Virus record (IMG/VR): IMGVR_UViG_3300025871_000494
DNA length: 20,000 nt
Strand: one strand, 5' to 3'
From: an uncultured virus (IMG/VR IMGVR_UViG_3300025871_000494)
Lineage: Duplodnaviria > Heunggongvirae > Uroviricota > Caudoviricetes
Shown piece by piece: positions 8,344-17,199 of this stretch. Made by a program: the position numbers and the translations under genes. Every line of letters starts with the position of its first letter. The first letter of the stretch is position 1. The notes beneath the pieces were generated by a model, which worked only from the letters and a program-made list of their open reading frames with translations, made no database searches and was not told the origin of the DNA.

Positions 8344-9015
8344 ATGAAATCAGCTGTAGATGAAATAATAGACAATGCAATTAATATAGCTTCTGAACAA
8401 GCCTTTCAAATAGAAGGTGTTCCTCCGTTTCCGCAAGATGATAATAGATACGCTCCGCTTAGCGCTTGTTTTAATACCTCCAATGCAATGTGCATTCAAT
8501 ATTGTTTAACTCTTATTGGAAAATCTAAAGAAGATATTGGATGTTCTTCTGACATGCAATTGGAAGATTATATTTTTGAATTTATTAATGGATCAGAAAC
8601 AACAGAATATATTAAAAACCATACTTCTACTTTAGGAAATCTAATAAATTCACCTAAAAGAAGAATTTATTATGATATAGAATGCTTTGTATTTAATTAT
8701 TTAATGAATCCTTTAGGATTTAAAGCAGTTTTTAAAACAGATTTAACTTATGAAGAAATTTGTTCTTGGCTACTATATAAAAAGTTACCTGGAATTATTG
8801 GTGGTAATTTTAAATCTGTTAGTTCAGTAGAAGGGCATATGAATTGTCTTGTTGGATATAATAAAGTAGGTTTAAAAGAATTTATTGTAAATGATCCTTA
8901 TGGAAATGCTCTTTCTGGATATACAGATAAAAATGGTTCATATAAACATTATGGAACAAGATTTTATCTTGAATATAACTGTTATAGAGTAATTCTTTTA
9001 GAAAAGGTAGTATAA
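8344..9015 (+). CDS. C39-like (papain-fold) cysteine peptidase, candidate endolysin
   Basis: QDDN...ACFNTSNAMC (Gln and catalytic Cys), GHMNCLVGY (His), FIVNDPYG (Asp). Sits directly upstream of two membrane proteins. Confidence 0.8.
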   Translation: MKSAVDEIIDNAINIASEQAFQIEGVPPFPQDDNRYAPLSACFNTSNAMCIQYCLTLIGKSKEDIGCSSDMQLEDYIFEFINGSETTEYIKNHTSTLGNLINSPKRRIYYDIECFVFNYLMNPLGFKAVFKTDLTYEEICSWLLYKKLPGIIGGNFKSVSSVEGHMNCLVGYNKVGLKEFIVNDPYGNALSGYTDKNGSYKHYGTRFYLEYNCYRVILLEKVV

Positions 9016-9017
9016 AT

Positions 9018-9314
9018 ATGTTAAATAAAATAAACGATATTTTCTCTGCTATTGGAAGATTTTTACTTTCTTGTATATTTTTTATACGTAAATTTCTATT
9101 TTCTTTTATAGGAAGCGACGAAACAGGTGAAATACAGCCGGTATACGTTTGGGTAACAATTTTAATGATCCTCTTAATTATTACTTGGTTTGGAAGACTT
9201 TTTAATCCTACTTGGGGCACTAAAATTACTGATACAATGTTTGTATCTCTTTTAGCATATATTGCTATTTGGTTAAAGCTTTATAATGATGATAGAAAAA
9301 ACAATTTAAAGTAG
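9018..9314 (+). CDS. Small membrane protein, holin candidate
   Basis: 98 aa with two clear hydrophobic helices (VYVWVTILMILLIITWFG, MFVSLLAYIAIWL), an amphipathic N-terminus and a charged tail NDDRKNNLK. The holin call is contextual. Confidence 0.55.
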   Translation: MLNKINDIFSAIGRFLLSCIFFIRKFLFSFIGSDETGEIQPVYVWVTILMILLIITWFGRLFNPTWGTKITDTMFVSLLAYIAIWLKLYNDDRKNNLK

Positions 9315-9335
9315 TATTACAAAGGAGTTTATTAT

Positions 9336-9950
9336 ATGGCAGATTTAACTAAATTACAGGCATTTCTTGAAAAAGTAAAAATATTTTTCATAACAACTCT
9401 TCCTACATTTTTTAATACTTTTTGGGAAAAGGTGAAAACGATGACTACATGGAAAAAAGCTCTTATTATTGTTGCTATATTATTAATTACGCACGGTGGT
9501 GTAGGTTTAGGATTATATATAGCAGGAACTAAAACTTGTAAACCAGAAGGTAAACCTGAGATTACGCCCAGTAAACCTGTACCACATACTACCATCTATA
9601 AACCTGTTGAGAAAAATTCAGTTTGTGGAAAAGTTATAGATATTGCAGTAAAAATGGAAACTGAGAAGAAACTTAAAGTTACAGCAAAAGATACTTGTAA
9701 GATGACTACAGCTTTTTTTAATATAGATTTTAATTGTCCCACAAAATCTCATAATATAGGATTTGGTCCTTCAGTATTATTTGTATACGATAATACAGGA
9801 CGTAGATTCATGCCGCTTATTGGTGGAAAAGTAAGTTATACCCATTTCTGGGGTGCATTTGGTCTTGGTGGTGCTGTTAGTGGTTATGGTGCTTTTGATA
9901 AAACTGCTTATGCAGCTGGAATAGATTTAATGCTTAACTATAGATTCTAG
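9336..9950 (+). CDS. Membrane-anchored protein with C-terminal amphipathic beta-strands, spanin candidate
   Basis: Strong RBS aaggag; N-terminal TM (ALIIVAILLITHGGVGLGLYIAG), Pro-rich linker, four Cys, Gly/aromatic alternating strands ending LMLNYRF. Confidence 0.5.
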   Translation: MADLTKLQAFLEKVKIFFITTLPTFFNTFWEKVKTMTTWKKALIIVAILLITHGGVGLGLYIAGTKTCKPEGKPEITPSKPVPHTTIYKPVEKNSVCGKVIDIAVKMETEKKLKVTAKDTCKMTTAFFNIDFNCPTKSHNIGFGPSVLFVYDNTGRRFMPLIGGKVSYTHFWGAFGLGGAVSGYGAFDKTAYAAGIDLMLNYRF

Positions 9951-9957
9951 TTACTAG

Positions 9958-9986
9958 TTGTTGAAATTTAATTTAATTATTATATT
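9958..9986 (+). promoter_or_regulatory. Possible sigma70-type promoter
   Basis: ttgttg-N17-tatatt upstream of ATG 10001; weak evidence given the AT-rich background. Confidence 0.3.
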
Positions 9987-10000
9987 TTAAGATATCGAAT

Positions 10001-10348
10001 ATGAGCTATCATCAGAATTTGATTAATAGAGCTTTGTCTATAAATTATTCTTTTCTGGAAATTTATCATGAAGAACCAGAAATTTTAGAACTAAGAATAG
10101 ACAATATGTCTATACGCCAGATTAAATCTCAAGTTAAAAAACTTAAAAATATAACTAGAGTGGGATTAGTAACAGTAGAAGCAGATGAATTTGAACAATA
10201 TAAACTCATTCTTAGTTACAGCGAAAATGAAGAATTAAAATGTTCTTTAATAGATAAATCGAATAAAATCATTAAAACGCAGTATTTAAAAGATCCTATA
10301 TTTGAATCTGTAATTCTTCAAGATAAAGAAAATAATATTATACACTAA
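10001..10348 (+). CDS. Hypothetical protein
   Basis: 115-aa ORF filling the gap and followed by a hairpin; no recognisable motif. Confidence 0.7.
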   Translation: MSYHQNLINRALSINYSFLEIYHEEPEILELRIDNMSIRQIKSQVKKLKNITRVGLVTVEADEFEQYKLILSYSENEELKCSLIDKSNKIIKTQYLKDPIFESVILQDKENNIIH

Positions 10349-10375
10349 CTTTATTTCTAGAATAAAGTTAGTTTT
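10344..10375 (+). terminator. 12-bp inverted repeat, terminator-like
   Basis: actaactttatt (10344-10355) tctag aataaagttagt (10361-10372) followed by ttt. AT-rich stem overlapping the stop codon. Confidence 0.55.
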
Positions 10376-10461
10376 ATATATTATAAAGAATACCAAATGA
10401 AATGAAACTCCAACCTACTTATGATTTCTTTACATAATTTAACTTGTTTTCGGAGATATTA

Positions 10462-12795
10462 ATGAATGATGCAATTTTGAAGCTACTTCAAGATAGATAC
10501 TTTGTTGATGGTGAAAGTTCTTGGGAAGATATTTCAAAAAGAGTTAGTACAATCTATCCACCCATAGAATCGTATATAAAGGATATGTGGTTTATTCCAT
10601 CTACACCTACACTTATGAATGGTGGTACTGATAAAAGATCCGGAACATTAAGTTCCTGCTTTCCCATGAATATTGAAGATTCTATTGAAGGTATATTCGA
10701 TGCATTAAAAGAATGTGCTATAGTAACTAAAAGTGGGGGAGGAATTGGGCTAAACTTTTCTACATTACGTTCGTCACAAGAAATTATTAAAACTTTGGAT
10801 GCAAAATCAAGCGGACCTTTAGCATTTATTGAAAATTTTAATTCTATGCTTGATAGTATTCGCCAAGGTGGTAAACGAAGAGGCGCAGGTGCTGGATTAC
10901 TTTCTATTGAGCATCCAGATATATTAGAATTTATTAAGTTAAAAGATACTTTATCTAAAATAAATAGGTTAAATTTATCTATCATGATACCTTCTAGTTT
11001 TTATGAAAAATTAGAAAAAGATCCCGAAAGTATTCATAAAGTTAAATTTAAAGATAATTCATATAAAGATTTAGAAGATATTAAAGGAAACAAGGTGTCT
11101 GTAAAACAACTTTGGGATCTTATTATTTCTCAAGCATGGAAATGTGCAGAACCTGGTATTTTTAATGAAACTATAGCATTTGATAGATGTACAGTTACTC
11201 ATCTTAATACGAATGTTATTATGAACCCGTGTTCAGAATATACAAATATACCTTATACCTCCTGTGCTCTAGGATCTATTAATCTAGTAAAAATGTTAGA
11301 TGGAAAAAGATTTAATTGGGAACGATTTGAAGAAACAATAGTACATGCAACAAGATTTATAAATAATACGCTAGATGTTAATAATTATCCTCTCAGAAAA
11401 ATACTAGAAACTACACTAAAAGTACGAGCAATAGGTATAGGTATAATGGGTCTAGCTCATGCTCTATATCTTAAGGATATTCCTTATAACTCAGAAAAAG
11501 CAAAACAATTTACTGAGGATGTTATACGATATCTTACTTTACGGTCTATGCAAGAATCAGTAAAATTAGCTAAGGAATATCGAGAATATCAGCTATCTAA
11601 GGATTCGAAATGGCAGTTTATTTCTAATAAAGCTTCTATTGGAGGATATGAAGCAATAAATATAGATTTATATATGAAAGCTAATGAAAGATTTTTCACA
11701 AAAAATTGTAGAGATATTAATATTGAAGAATTAAAAAAAGAGATTAAAGAATATGGTGTTAGAAATTCAGCTACTACTTCAATTGCACCTACCGGAAGTA
11801 TTAGTTTTATAGCTAATGTCTCTGGTGGTATTGAACCAGTATTTGCTTTATCATATGCTAGAAAAATTGAAAAACTTAATAGAGAATATGAAGTTGTATA
11901 TATTACAGATCCTATCTTTGAAAAATATCTAGATGAAACTTTTGATAAACAAACAAAAGAAAAGATTCTTAAAGAAATTACTGAAAATCAAGGATCCTGC
12001 CAAAAATGTAAAGATATACCTGAAGAAATAAGAAAAATATTCGTTACTGCAGGTGACTTAACACCAATAGAACATTTAGATATACTAGAAGCTGCGTGTA
12101 ATCAAACTGCACTTTCAGTTTCAAAAACAGTGAATTTACCTTCTACTGCTACAAAAGAAGAAGTTGCAGAAGTATTTATAGAAGCACACAAAAGAGGAAT
12201 AATAGGAGTTACTGTTTATAGAGATGGGTGTAGAGAAGGAATACTTGTTCATAATACTTCTTTAAATGGGAATGGAGATAAAATTGTAGAAAGACATGCA
12301 CCCAAAAGACCTAAGAAACTCCCATGTGATGTATACAAAGTAATGTATCAAGGAAAAGCTTGGGTTGTATTTGTTGGTCTTTTGGAGAATAAACCATATG
12401 AGATTTTTGCTGGATCTTCTGAAGATGTTACTATACCAAAAAATATAACTGAAGGGTTTATTATAAAACAAAAATCAAGACATTATTCATTCGAATATGA
12501 TGGTGAAATTATAGTAAGTAATATTTGTAAGACCTTTGCTAATAAAGAAAATGATGCTTTTGCTAGAACTATTTCAATGGGATTAAGGCATGGTGCTCCC
12601 ATTCAATATGTAGTTGAAACTCTAAATAAAAGTGAAGGCGATATTACGCATCTTGCAAAAGTATTAGCAAGAACTCTTAAGAAATACATAGAAGATGGAC
12701 AAGAAGCAGGTAAATGCCCTTCTTGCGGTAATAAACTAGCTTACAAAGAAGGCTGTATATGCTGTCCATCTTGTGGATTTTCGGTATGCAATTAA
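10462..12795 (+). CDS. nrdJ: Class II (adenosylcobalamin-dependent) ribonucleotide reductase
   Basis: PSTPTLMNGG, LSSCF, GGGIG, RRGA, AEPG, NPCSE, SCALGSINL, IAPTGSIS, SGGIEP, SKTVN, TVYRDG and a C-terminal CPSCG...EGC..C.SCG.S.C zinc ribbon. No ATP cone and no adjacent beta subunit. Start moved to ATG 10462 (GGAG at 10452-10455). Confidence 0.93.
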   Translation: MNDAILKLLQDRYFVDGESSWEDISKRVSTIYPPIESYIKDMWFIPSTPTLMNGGTDKRSGTLSSCFPMNIEDSIEGIFDALKECAIVTKSGGGIGLNFSTLRSSQEIIKTLDAKSSGPLAFIENFNSMLDSIRQGGKRRGAGAGLLSIEHPDILEFIKLKDTLSKINRLNLSIMIPSSFYEKLEKDPESIHKVKFKDNSYKDLEDIKGNKVSVKQLWDLIISQAWKCAEPGIFNETIAFDRCTVTHLNTNVIMNPCSEYTNIPYTSCALGSINLVKMLDGKRFNWERFEETIVHATRFINNTLDVNNYPLRKILETTLKVRAIGIGIMGLAHALYLKDIPYNSEKAKQFTEDVIRYLTLRSMQESVKLAKEYREYQLSKDSKWQFISNKASIGGYEAINIDLYMKANERFFTKNCRDINIEELKKEIKEYGVRNSATTSIAPTGSISFIANVSGGIEPVFALSYARKIEKLNREYEVVYITDPIFEKYLDETFDKQTKEKILKEITENQGSCQKCKDIPEEIRKIFVTAGDLTPIEHLDILEAACNQTALSVSKTVNLPSTATKEEVAEVFIEAHKRGIIGVTVYRDGCREGILVHNTSLNGNGDKIVERHAPKRPKKLPCDVYKVMYQGKAWVVFVGLLENKPYEIFAGSSEDVTIPKNITEGFIIKQKSRHYSFEYDGEIIVSNICKTFANKENDAFARTISMGLRHGAPIQYVVETLNKSEGDITHLAKVLARTLKKYIEDGQEAGKCPSCGNKLAYKEGCICCPSCGFSVCN

Positions 12796-12816
12796 GTTGT
12801 AGGGAGTTATATTAAC

Positions 12817-13794
12817 TTGTTAAAAGGAATTATTAGAAATAATATACCAATTTATGGTGATTGTAGTATAAAAGAGGTAGTTTTATCTGGAAATAAAACT
12901 ACTAGTATTATTTGTAATTTAGAAATTGCAAGATCGTATGATAAAATTATAGTTTCTTGTAATAAATGTAATTCAGAATTTATTATACTCAAAAATTCAT
13001 TGAATTTAGATAATCAACTTTGTAGAAAGTGTAAACAAATAGAAACTTCTCTCAAGAAATATGGAACAGAAAGTCCTAATCAAGTTCAAGAAATTAAAGA
13101 AAAACAACACAGTCAGCAGATGCGTGAAAATGTAAGTAGATCCTTAAAAAAATTATTTGAATCAGATGATTTTAGAGAAAATCATCGATTAAGAACTAAA
13201 GAAGCTGCTAATACATTAGAATCCAAAGAAAAACGAAGTATGAACGCAAAGATACTTTGGTCTAATCCAGAATATGCAGAATTAGTTTCGACCAAGGTAA
13301 GAAAAAGTTTACAAAATCCTGAAGTAAAGAAAAAACGAAGTGAAGCACAAAAAATCTTATACAAAAATCCTGAATATAAAGAAAAAATGATAGCTTTAGC
13401 AAAAGAAAAGTGGAGAACAAATAATAACTGCAGGGCAATTTCGAAAGTACATACTATTAGTAGTTTTCAACAAGAAATCTTTAATATGTTAATCACTATA
13501 GATAAAAACTGGATAATGGAATACTTTATACAAGATACAGGATATACTGTAGATTTATACAATAAAAACACTAATGAAATCATGGAATGTTTTGGCGATT
13601 ATTGGCATTGTAATCCTCTTAAATTTAGTAGTAACTATTATCATAAACATATCCAATTAACTGCAGAAGAAATTTGGAAAAAAGATCTTATTAGAATAAT
13701 AAATTTACAAAATCTTGGTTATAAAGTTAGTATTCTTTGGGAGGATGATTGGAGAAATCCAAAGAAAATCAATCTTGTAAAATATATATTTTAA
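12817..13794 (+). CDS. Free-standing homing-endonuclease-like protein (Zn finger, basic helical repeats, Vsr/DUF559-like PD-(D/E)XK domain)
   Basis: CNKC...CRKC, KKYGTESPNQ, NPE repeats, C-terminal YTVDLY...IMECFGDYWH...KD..R....GYKV..LWE. TTG start with gggag RBS. Confidence 0.75.
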   Translation: MLKGIIRNNIPIYGDCSIKEVVLSGNKTTSIICNLEIARSYDKIIVSCNKCNSEFIILKNSLNLDNQLCRKCKQIETSLKKYGTESPNQVQEIKEKQHSQQMRENVSRSLKKLFESDDFRENHRLRTKEAANTLESKEKRSMNAKILWSNPEYAELVSTKVRKSLQNPEVKKKRSEAQKILYKNPEYKEKMIALAKEKWRTNNNCRAISKVHTISSFQQEIFNMLITIDKNWIMEYFIQDTGYTVDLYNKNTNEIMECFGDYWHCNPLKFSSNYYHKHIQLTAEEIWKKDLIRIINLQNLGYKVSILWEDDWRNPKKINLVKYIF

Positions 13795-13835
13795 CCTTAA
13801 AAATATGATATGAAACCAATAATTCATTATAGGAC

Positions 13836-14465
13836 ATGGAAGTAACAGCAGAACACTTAAAAGCAGCAGTAATAAGTTATTTTAGATTCGAGAGATTCTG
13901 GATCTCTGCTACTGAAGTTAACTACTCAGAAATGAGTGGTATTGCAGACGTGCTATGTGATACAGGTAGCGAAATTATAGAAGTAGAAACCAAAGTAGTT
14001 AAAAGTGATTTACTCGATCTAGAATTACAAAAGAAGAAACATGATTACTTTAAAAGTTTAGAAGGTGATCTAGTTGCTAAACATGTTCCTAACAAATACT
14101 ATATTTGTGTTCCAAAAAACCTCGCAAGATTAGCAGAAAGATTTATACAAGATGTTAATCCTTCATATGGTTTAATGATATTTGATACTAGAGAACAAGA
14201 AATACATTCACGAATAATTGCTATTAAAAAACATCCTACTCCGCTTCATTCTGGTTATGACGATTCAGTTAGAAACTTACTAATTATGAGATTATGCAGT
14301 GAAGTTGCTAACTTTTATCTACATAAAGCCAACAGCACTTTTCAAAGATCTTTACGACATTCACAAGCAACTGATAAAGAAGGAAATGCAGGAAGAAAGA
14401 AAGGTTATCGTAGACCTTCAGGATTTCTGGATCCTTCTCTAGAGGTAACTTCGGAAGAAAATTAA
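13836..14465 (+). CDS. MmcB-like PD-(D/E)XK nuclease-fold protein
   Basis: TEV...IADVL...IIEVETKVVKSDLLD...KKH...PNKYYICVP...YGL pattern; agga RBS. Confidence 0.65.
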   Translation: MEVTAEHLKAAVISYFRFERFWISATEVNYSEMSGIADVLCDTGSEIIEVETKVVKSDLLDLELQKKKHDYFKSLEGDLVAKHVPNKYYICVPKNLARLAERFIQDVNPSYGLMIFDTREQEIHSRIIAIKKHPTPLHSGYDDSVRNLLIMRLCSEVANFYLHKANSTFQRSLRHSQATDKEGNAGRKKGYRRPSGFLDPSLEVTSEEN

Positions 14466-14728
14466 AACTAATTATATAGTTTTGGGAGAATACTAAAATG
14501 AAAGTAGATACTAATCTGCTAACTATTCTGTCTGGAAAGAAAGTTAGCCAAGATAAGAGGAACAAAAATTCTAATCCTCAAGGATCTCAAAAAGAGATTA
14601 CACAGGTGAAGAAAATTCGTTCTTTTTACTTTTTTTCTTTATCACTAATAACACCTAAGGTAAAGAAATTCCTAGCTTTATGTATGTCTTATATGCTAAA
14701 GCTAGAAAAAATACTGAAGGAGAGAATT

Positions 14729-15799
14729 ATGCAAGATACGATAAAAGAATTTCTTAAAAAGAATGCTAAAGTCATGTTAGCAATTGTAGCATGCTTTATA
14801 TTCTTTGGAAGTATTCTATCTCTAATCTATCTCGATTATAGAAATAATATGGGTTTTGTGTTTGAAAAAAGATTTGTTATGCTAGCTAAAAATAGAAATA
14901 GTCTAGATAAGTATAATACGTTACAACCAGATGATTTACACATTATCTGGTTTAACTCTCTAAGAGGATTCACAAAAAATCATACAACTATTCAAGCAAT
15001 AGCAAAGGTATTAAATGAATTAGGTGCAAATATTGATGGTAATGATGATTCGGTAATGTTTGTTAAAAGAATCAACGCATACATCGAAGTAGGATTATCA
15101 CCTTCTAGCTCTGCACCTAAACCCGGTAGTTTAATTATTTTTAGGGGGACCTGGTACGGAAAGGTACAATCCCACAGGATAGGTATTATTGAAGAAGTTA
15201 CAGGTGAGTATATTAAATACATGACCTGGACTCCAGACTTGAAAACAACTTATCCTGTTGTAAGAAAAGGAGATCCTTCTATTCTAATGATATCTGAAAT
15301 GAGTTATCCTATTTGGTCGGGTGTTTTATTAAAAAATGGAATTAGAATAACACGAGGTATTGGTTTATTTCATGACGGTGTTGACATGAAAATAAGCAAT
15401 TTTGATAGAAGAGTTTATGCATTTGAAGGTGGTGTGGTAGTTAAAGTATTTAATAAATATAATCCCAAAACTAGATGGACAGACTGGAGAAATTCTGGTG
15501 GTAATTACTGTGTAATTCAATCCAAAATTGGTGGGAAAACCTATCTAATGAGATACCTTCATTTAGTAAATCTAAAGGTTAGACAAGGTCAAAAAGTAGC
15601 AAAAAATCAATTATTAGGTCAGTATGCAGATGTTGGATATAGTTTTGGTGCTCATTTACATTTAGATATGCACGATCTGGCACATAATCGTGTGGATCCT
15701 TTGCCTTTTCTAAATGACTATGCTTCATTTATTATTTATGGATATGAAGACGAAAGAGCTTATATTGCTACTAATATGATTTTAGATCATATAAATTAA
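14729..15799 (+). CDS. Membrane-anchored M23 family metallopeptidase (peptidoglycan hydrolase)
   Basis: HDGVD (HxxxD), GGNY, YLHL and GAHLH (HxH); N-terminal TM VMLAIVACFIFFGSILSLIYL. Start placed at ATG 14729 (aaggag upstream); the ORF is open from ATG 14498, which also has a GGAG. Confidence 0.85.
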   Translation: MQDTIKEFLKKNAKVMLAIVACFIFFGSILSLIYLDYRNNMGFVFEKRFVMLAKNRNSLDKYNTLQPDDLHIIWFNSLRGFTKNHTTIQAIAKVLNELGANIDGNDDSVMFVKRINAYIEVGLSPSSSAPKPGSLIIFRGTWYGKVQSHRIGIIEEVTGEYIKYMTWTPDLKTTYPVVRKGDPSILMISEMSYPIWSGVLLKNGIRITRGIGLFHDGVDMKISNFDRRVYAFEGGVVVKVFNKYNPKTRWTDWRNSGGNYCVIQSKIGGKTYLMRYLHLVNLKVRQGQKVAKNQLLGQYADVGYSFGAHLHLDMHDLAHNRVDPLPFLNDYASFIIYGYEDERAYIATNMILDHIN

Positions 15800-15987
15800 T
15801 GAAAGGAATACTAAAAAATATAGACAGTTTGGAAGAAATCGAGATAGATGTGAATTGGGAAGATTTAAAGTTACAATCAGAATTAAAAGGCCTGAAAATT
15901 TCAGGCCTAATTTTTTCTGCTTTAACTAATACCTTAATTGTTTATGGGTATAAGCAACCTAATAAAAGAGTTATTTGTAATAATTAA
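15799..15987 (+). CDS. Hypothetical small protein
   Basis: 62 aa, TAATG-coupled to the M23 gene; 3' end overlaps the convergent gene by 17 bp. Confidence 0.6.
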   Translation: MKGILKNIDSLEEIEIDVNWEDLKLQSELKGLKISGLIFSALTNTLIVYGYKQPNKRVICNN

Positions 15988-16366
15988 ATAACTGATCTCT
16001 AACTTTTTTGAATATATCAGATAAATTAATAGAAGCAATAATGGAATTATATTCTTCTCGATTAGGTGCGAGTATAGGATTAGTAGAAATAAATTCTTTA
16101 AGCCAGTTATCTATATGTGTACCGATCATATAATTTAAAGCTTCTTGTGGTGTATAATCTTTATTAATTATACAATCTTCCATAGAATCTTCTATAATCC
16201 AGGTTAGAATATCCAGAATAACTTCTTCAGGATCTTCATTAGATTGTAATCTGCTTATAAGAATATTACCATAAAGATCAATATTATCTTTAATAACGTC
16301 TGCTTTTTTAACAAGAAAATTATACATAGAGGTTTTAATGCTATTTATAAAATTTTGATAATCCAT
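15971..16366 (-). CDS. Hypothetical acidic helical protein
   Basis: 131-aa ORF starting 2 bp after the stop of the upstream minus-strand gene. Confidence 0.75.
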   Translation of the reverse strand: MDYQNFINSIKTSMYNFLVKKADVIKDNIDLYGNILISRLQSNEDPEEVILDILTWIIEDSMEDCIINKDYTPQEALNYMIGTHIDNWLKEFISTNPILAPNREEYNSIIASINLSDIFKKVRDQLFNYYK

Positions 16367-16368
16367 AG

Positions 16369-16725
16369 TTATTTACTTTCTTCTATCCAAGAATCTACTA
16401 AAGCGTCTATTTCTTCATAAGAAGCTTCTTCAGATAATTCTAGTTCTGCTAGATCTTCTAGTAACATATACACCGCTTTAAATCTAGATACTAGATATTC
16501 TGGTTTGTCTGGCATTTCTAAAAGTCGAATAGCTTCTTGAATCAATTTTTGTTTATCATAACGAAATTCCGTTGGATCTTGTAAGGTATCAGTGATATTA
16601 ACATAATCGTCTATTTCTAGCTTTTCATATATTCGATTTAAAATGAATTCAATAAGATAATCATCTTGCTGTTCAAGTAATTTTTGTATTTCTTGAAGAG
16701 CTTGTTGTCTAGTTAGATCTGGCAT
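16369..16725 (-). CDS. Hypothetical, strongly acidic protein with an apparent internal two-fold repeat
   Basis: 118 aa, about 30 D/E versus 12 K/R by hand count; aagga RBS on the minus strand. Confidence 0.8.
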   Translation of the reverse strand: MPDLTRQQALQEIQKLLEQQDDYLIEFILNRIYEKLEIDDYVNITDTLQDPTEFRYDKQKLIQEAIRLLEMPDKPEYLVSRFKAVYMLLEDLAELELSEEASYEEIDALVDSWIEESK

Positions 16726-16820
16726 AAAACTATTCCTTGATATCTAATTTTTAAAAAAAATAATTTTTTAGAAAGAAATTTTAAGGTTTACTTATATATT
16801 ATTTAACAATAGGAGTTTAT

Positions 16821-17195
16821 ATGGAATCTTCACCAATAACATTTAGTTTTTTGATAGATAAGGATTTGCAAGGTACAGACATATATTATGATATAAAATG
16901 TTTTAAAATCTTTATGAGTAAAGATTTATTTGAAATTATTACAAACATATCTAATACCACTGTAATACAAAATATATTAAAAAAATGCAAGATAATAGAC
17001 TATAAACCCGGGGGGTTTATTAGCTATACGTATACACCAGTGTACACAACACCTATTATTGGTAATGTAACATCTAGTAATACTAACATAAGTGTTGGAT
17101 ATACAACTTCGGTTAATAACACTAACGAATCTATTAATATATCTCAGATAGATTCTGTTCCTTTTGGTTTTTCTATTTCAGATATATCCATATAA
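16821..17195 (+). CDS. Hypothetical protein with T/S/N-rich C-terminus
   Basis: aggag RBS at 16811-16815; 124 aa. Confidence 0.75.
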   Translation: MESSPITFSFLIDKDLQGTDIYYDIKCFKIFMSKDLFEIITNISNTTVIQNILKKCKIIDYKPGGFISYTYTPVYTTPIIGNVTSSNTNISVGYTTSVNNTNESINISQIDSVPFGFSISDISI

Positions 17196-17199
17196 TTAT

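Noticed and set aside
8882..9595. Minus-strand ORFs 8882-9220 and 9332-9595, considered as an o-spanin or antiholin
   Set aside because: Antisense to better-supported genes, with no signal peptide or lipobox; embedded o-spanins lie on the same strand.
10349..10461. Cobalamin riboswitch or NrdR box upstream of nrdJ
   Set aside because: Region too short and AT-rich for a B12 riboswitch, and no NrdR-box consensus is visible.
10554..15222. Minus-strand ORFs 10554-10985, 12262-12471, 13182-13364, 14308-14565 and 14992-15222
   Set aside because: All overlap motif-bearing plus-strand genes.
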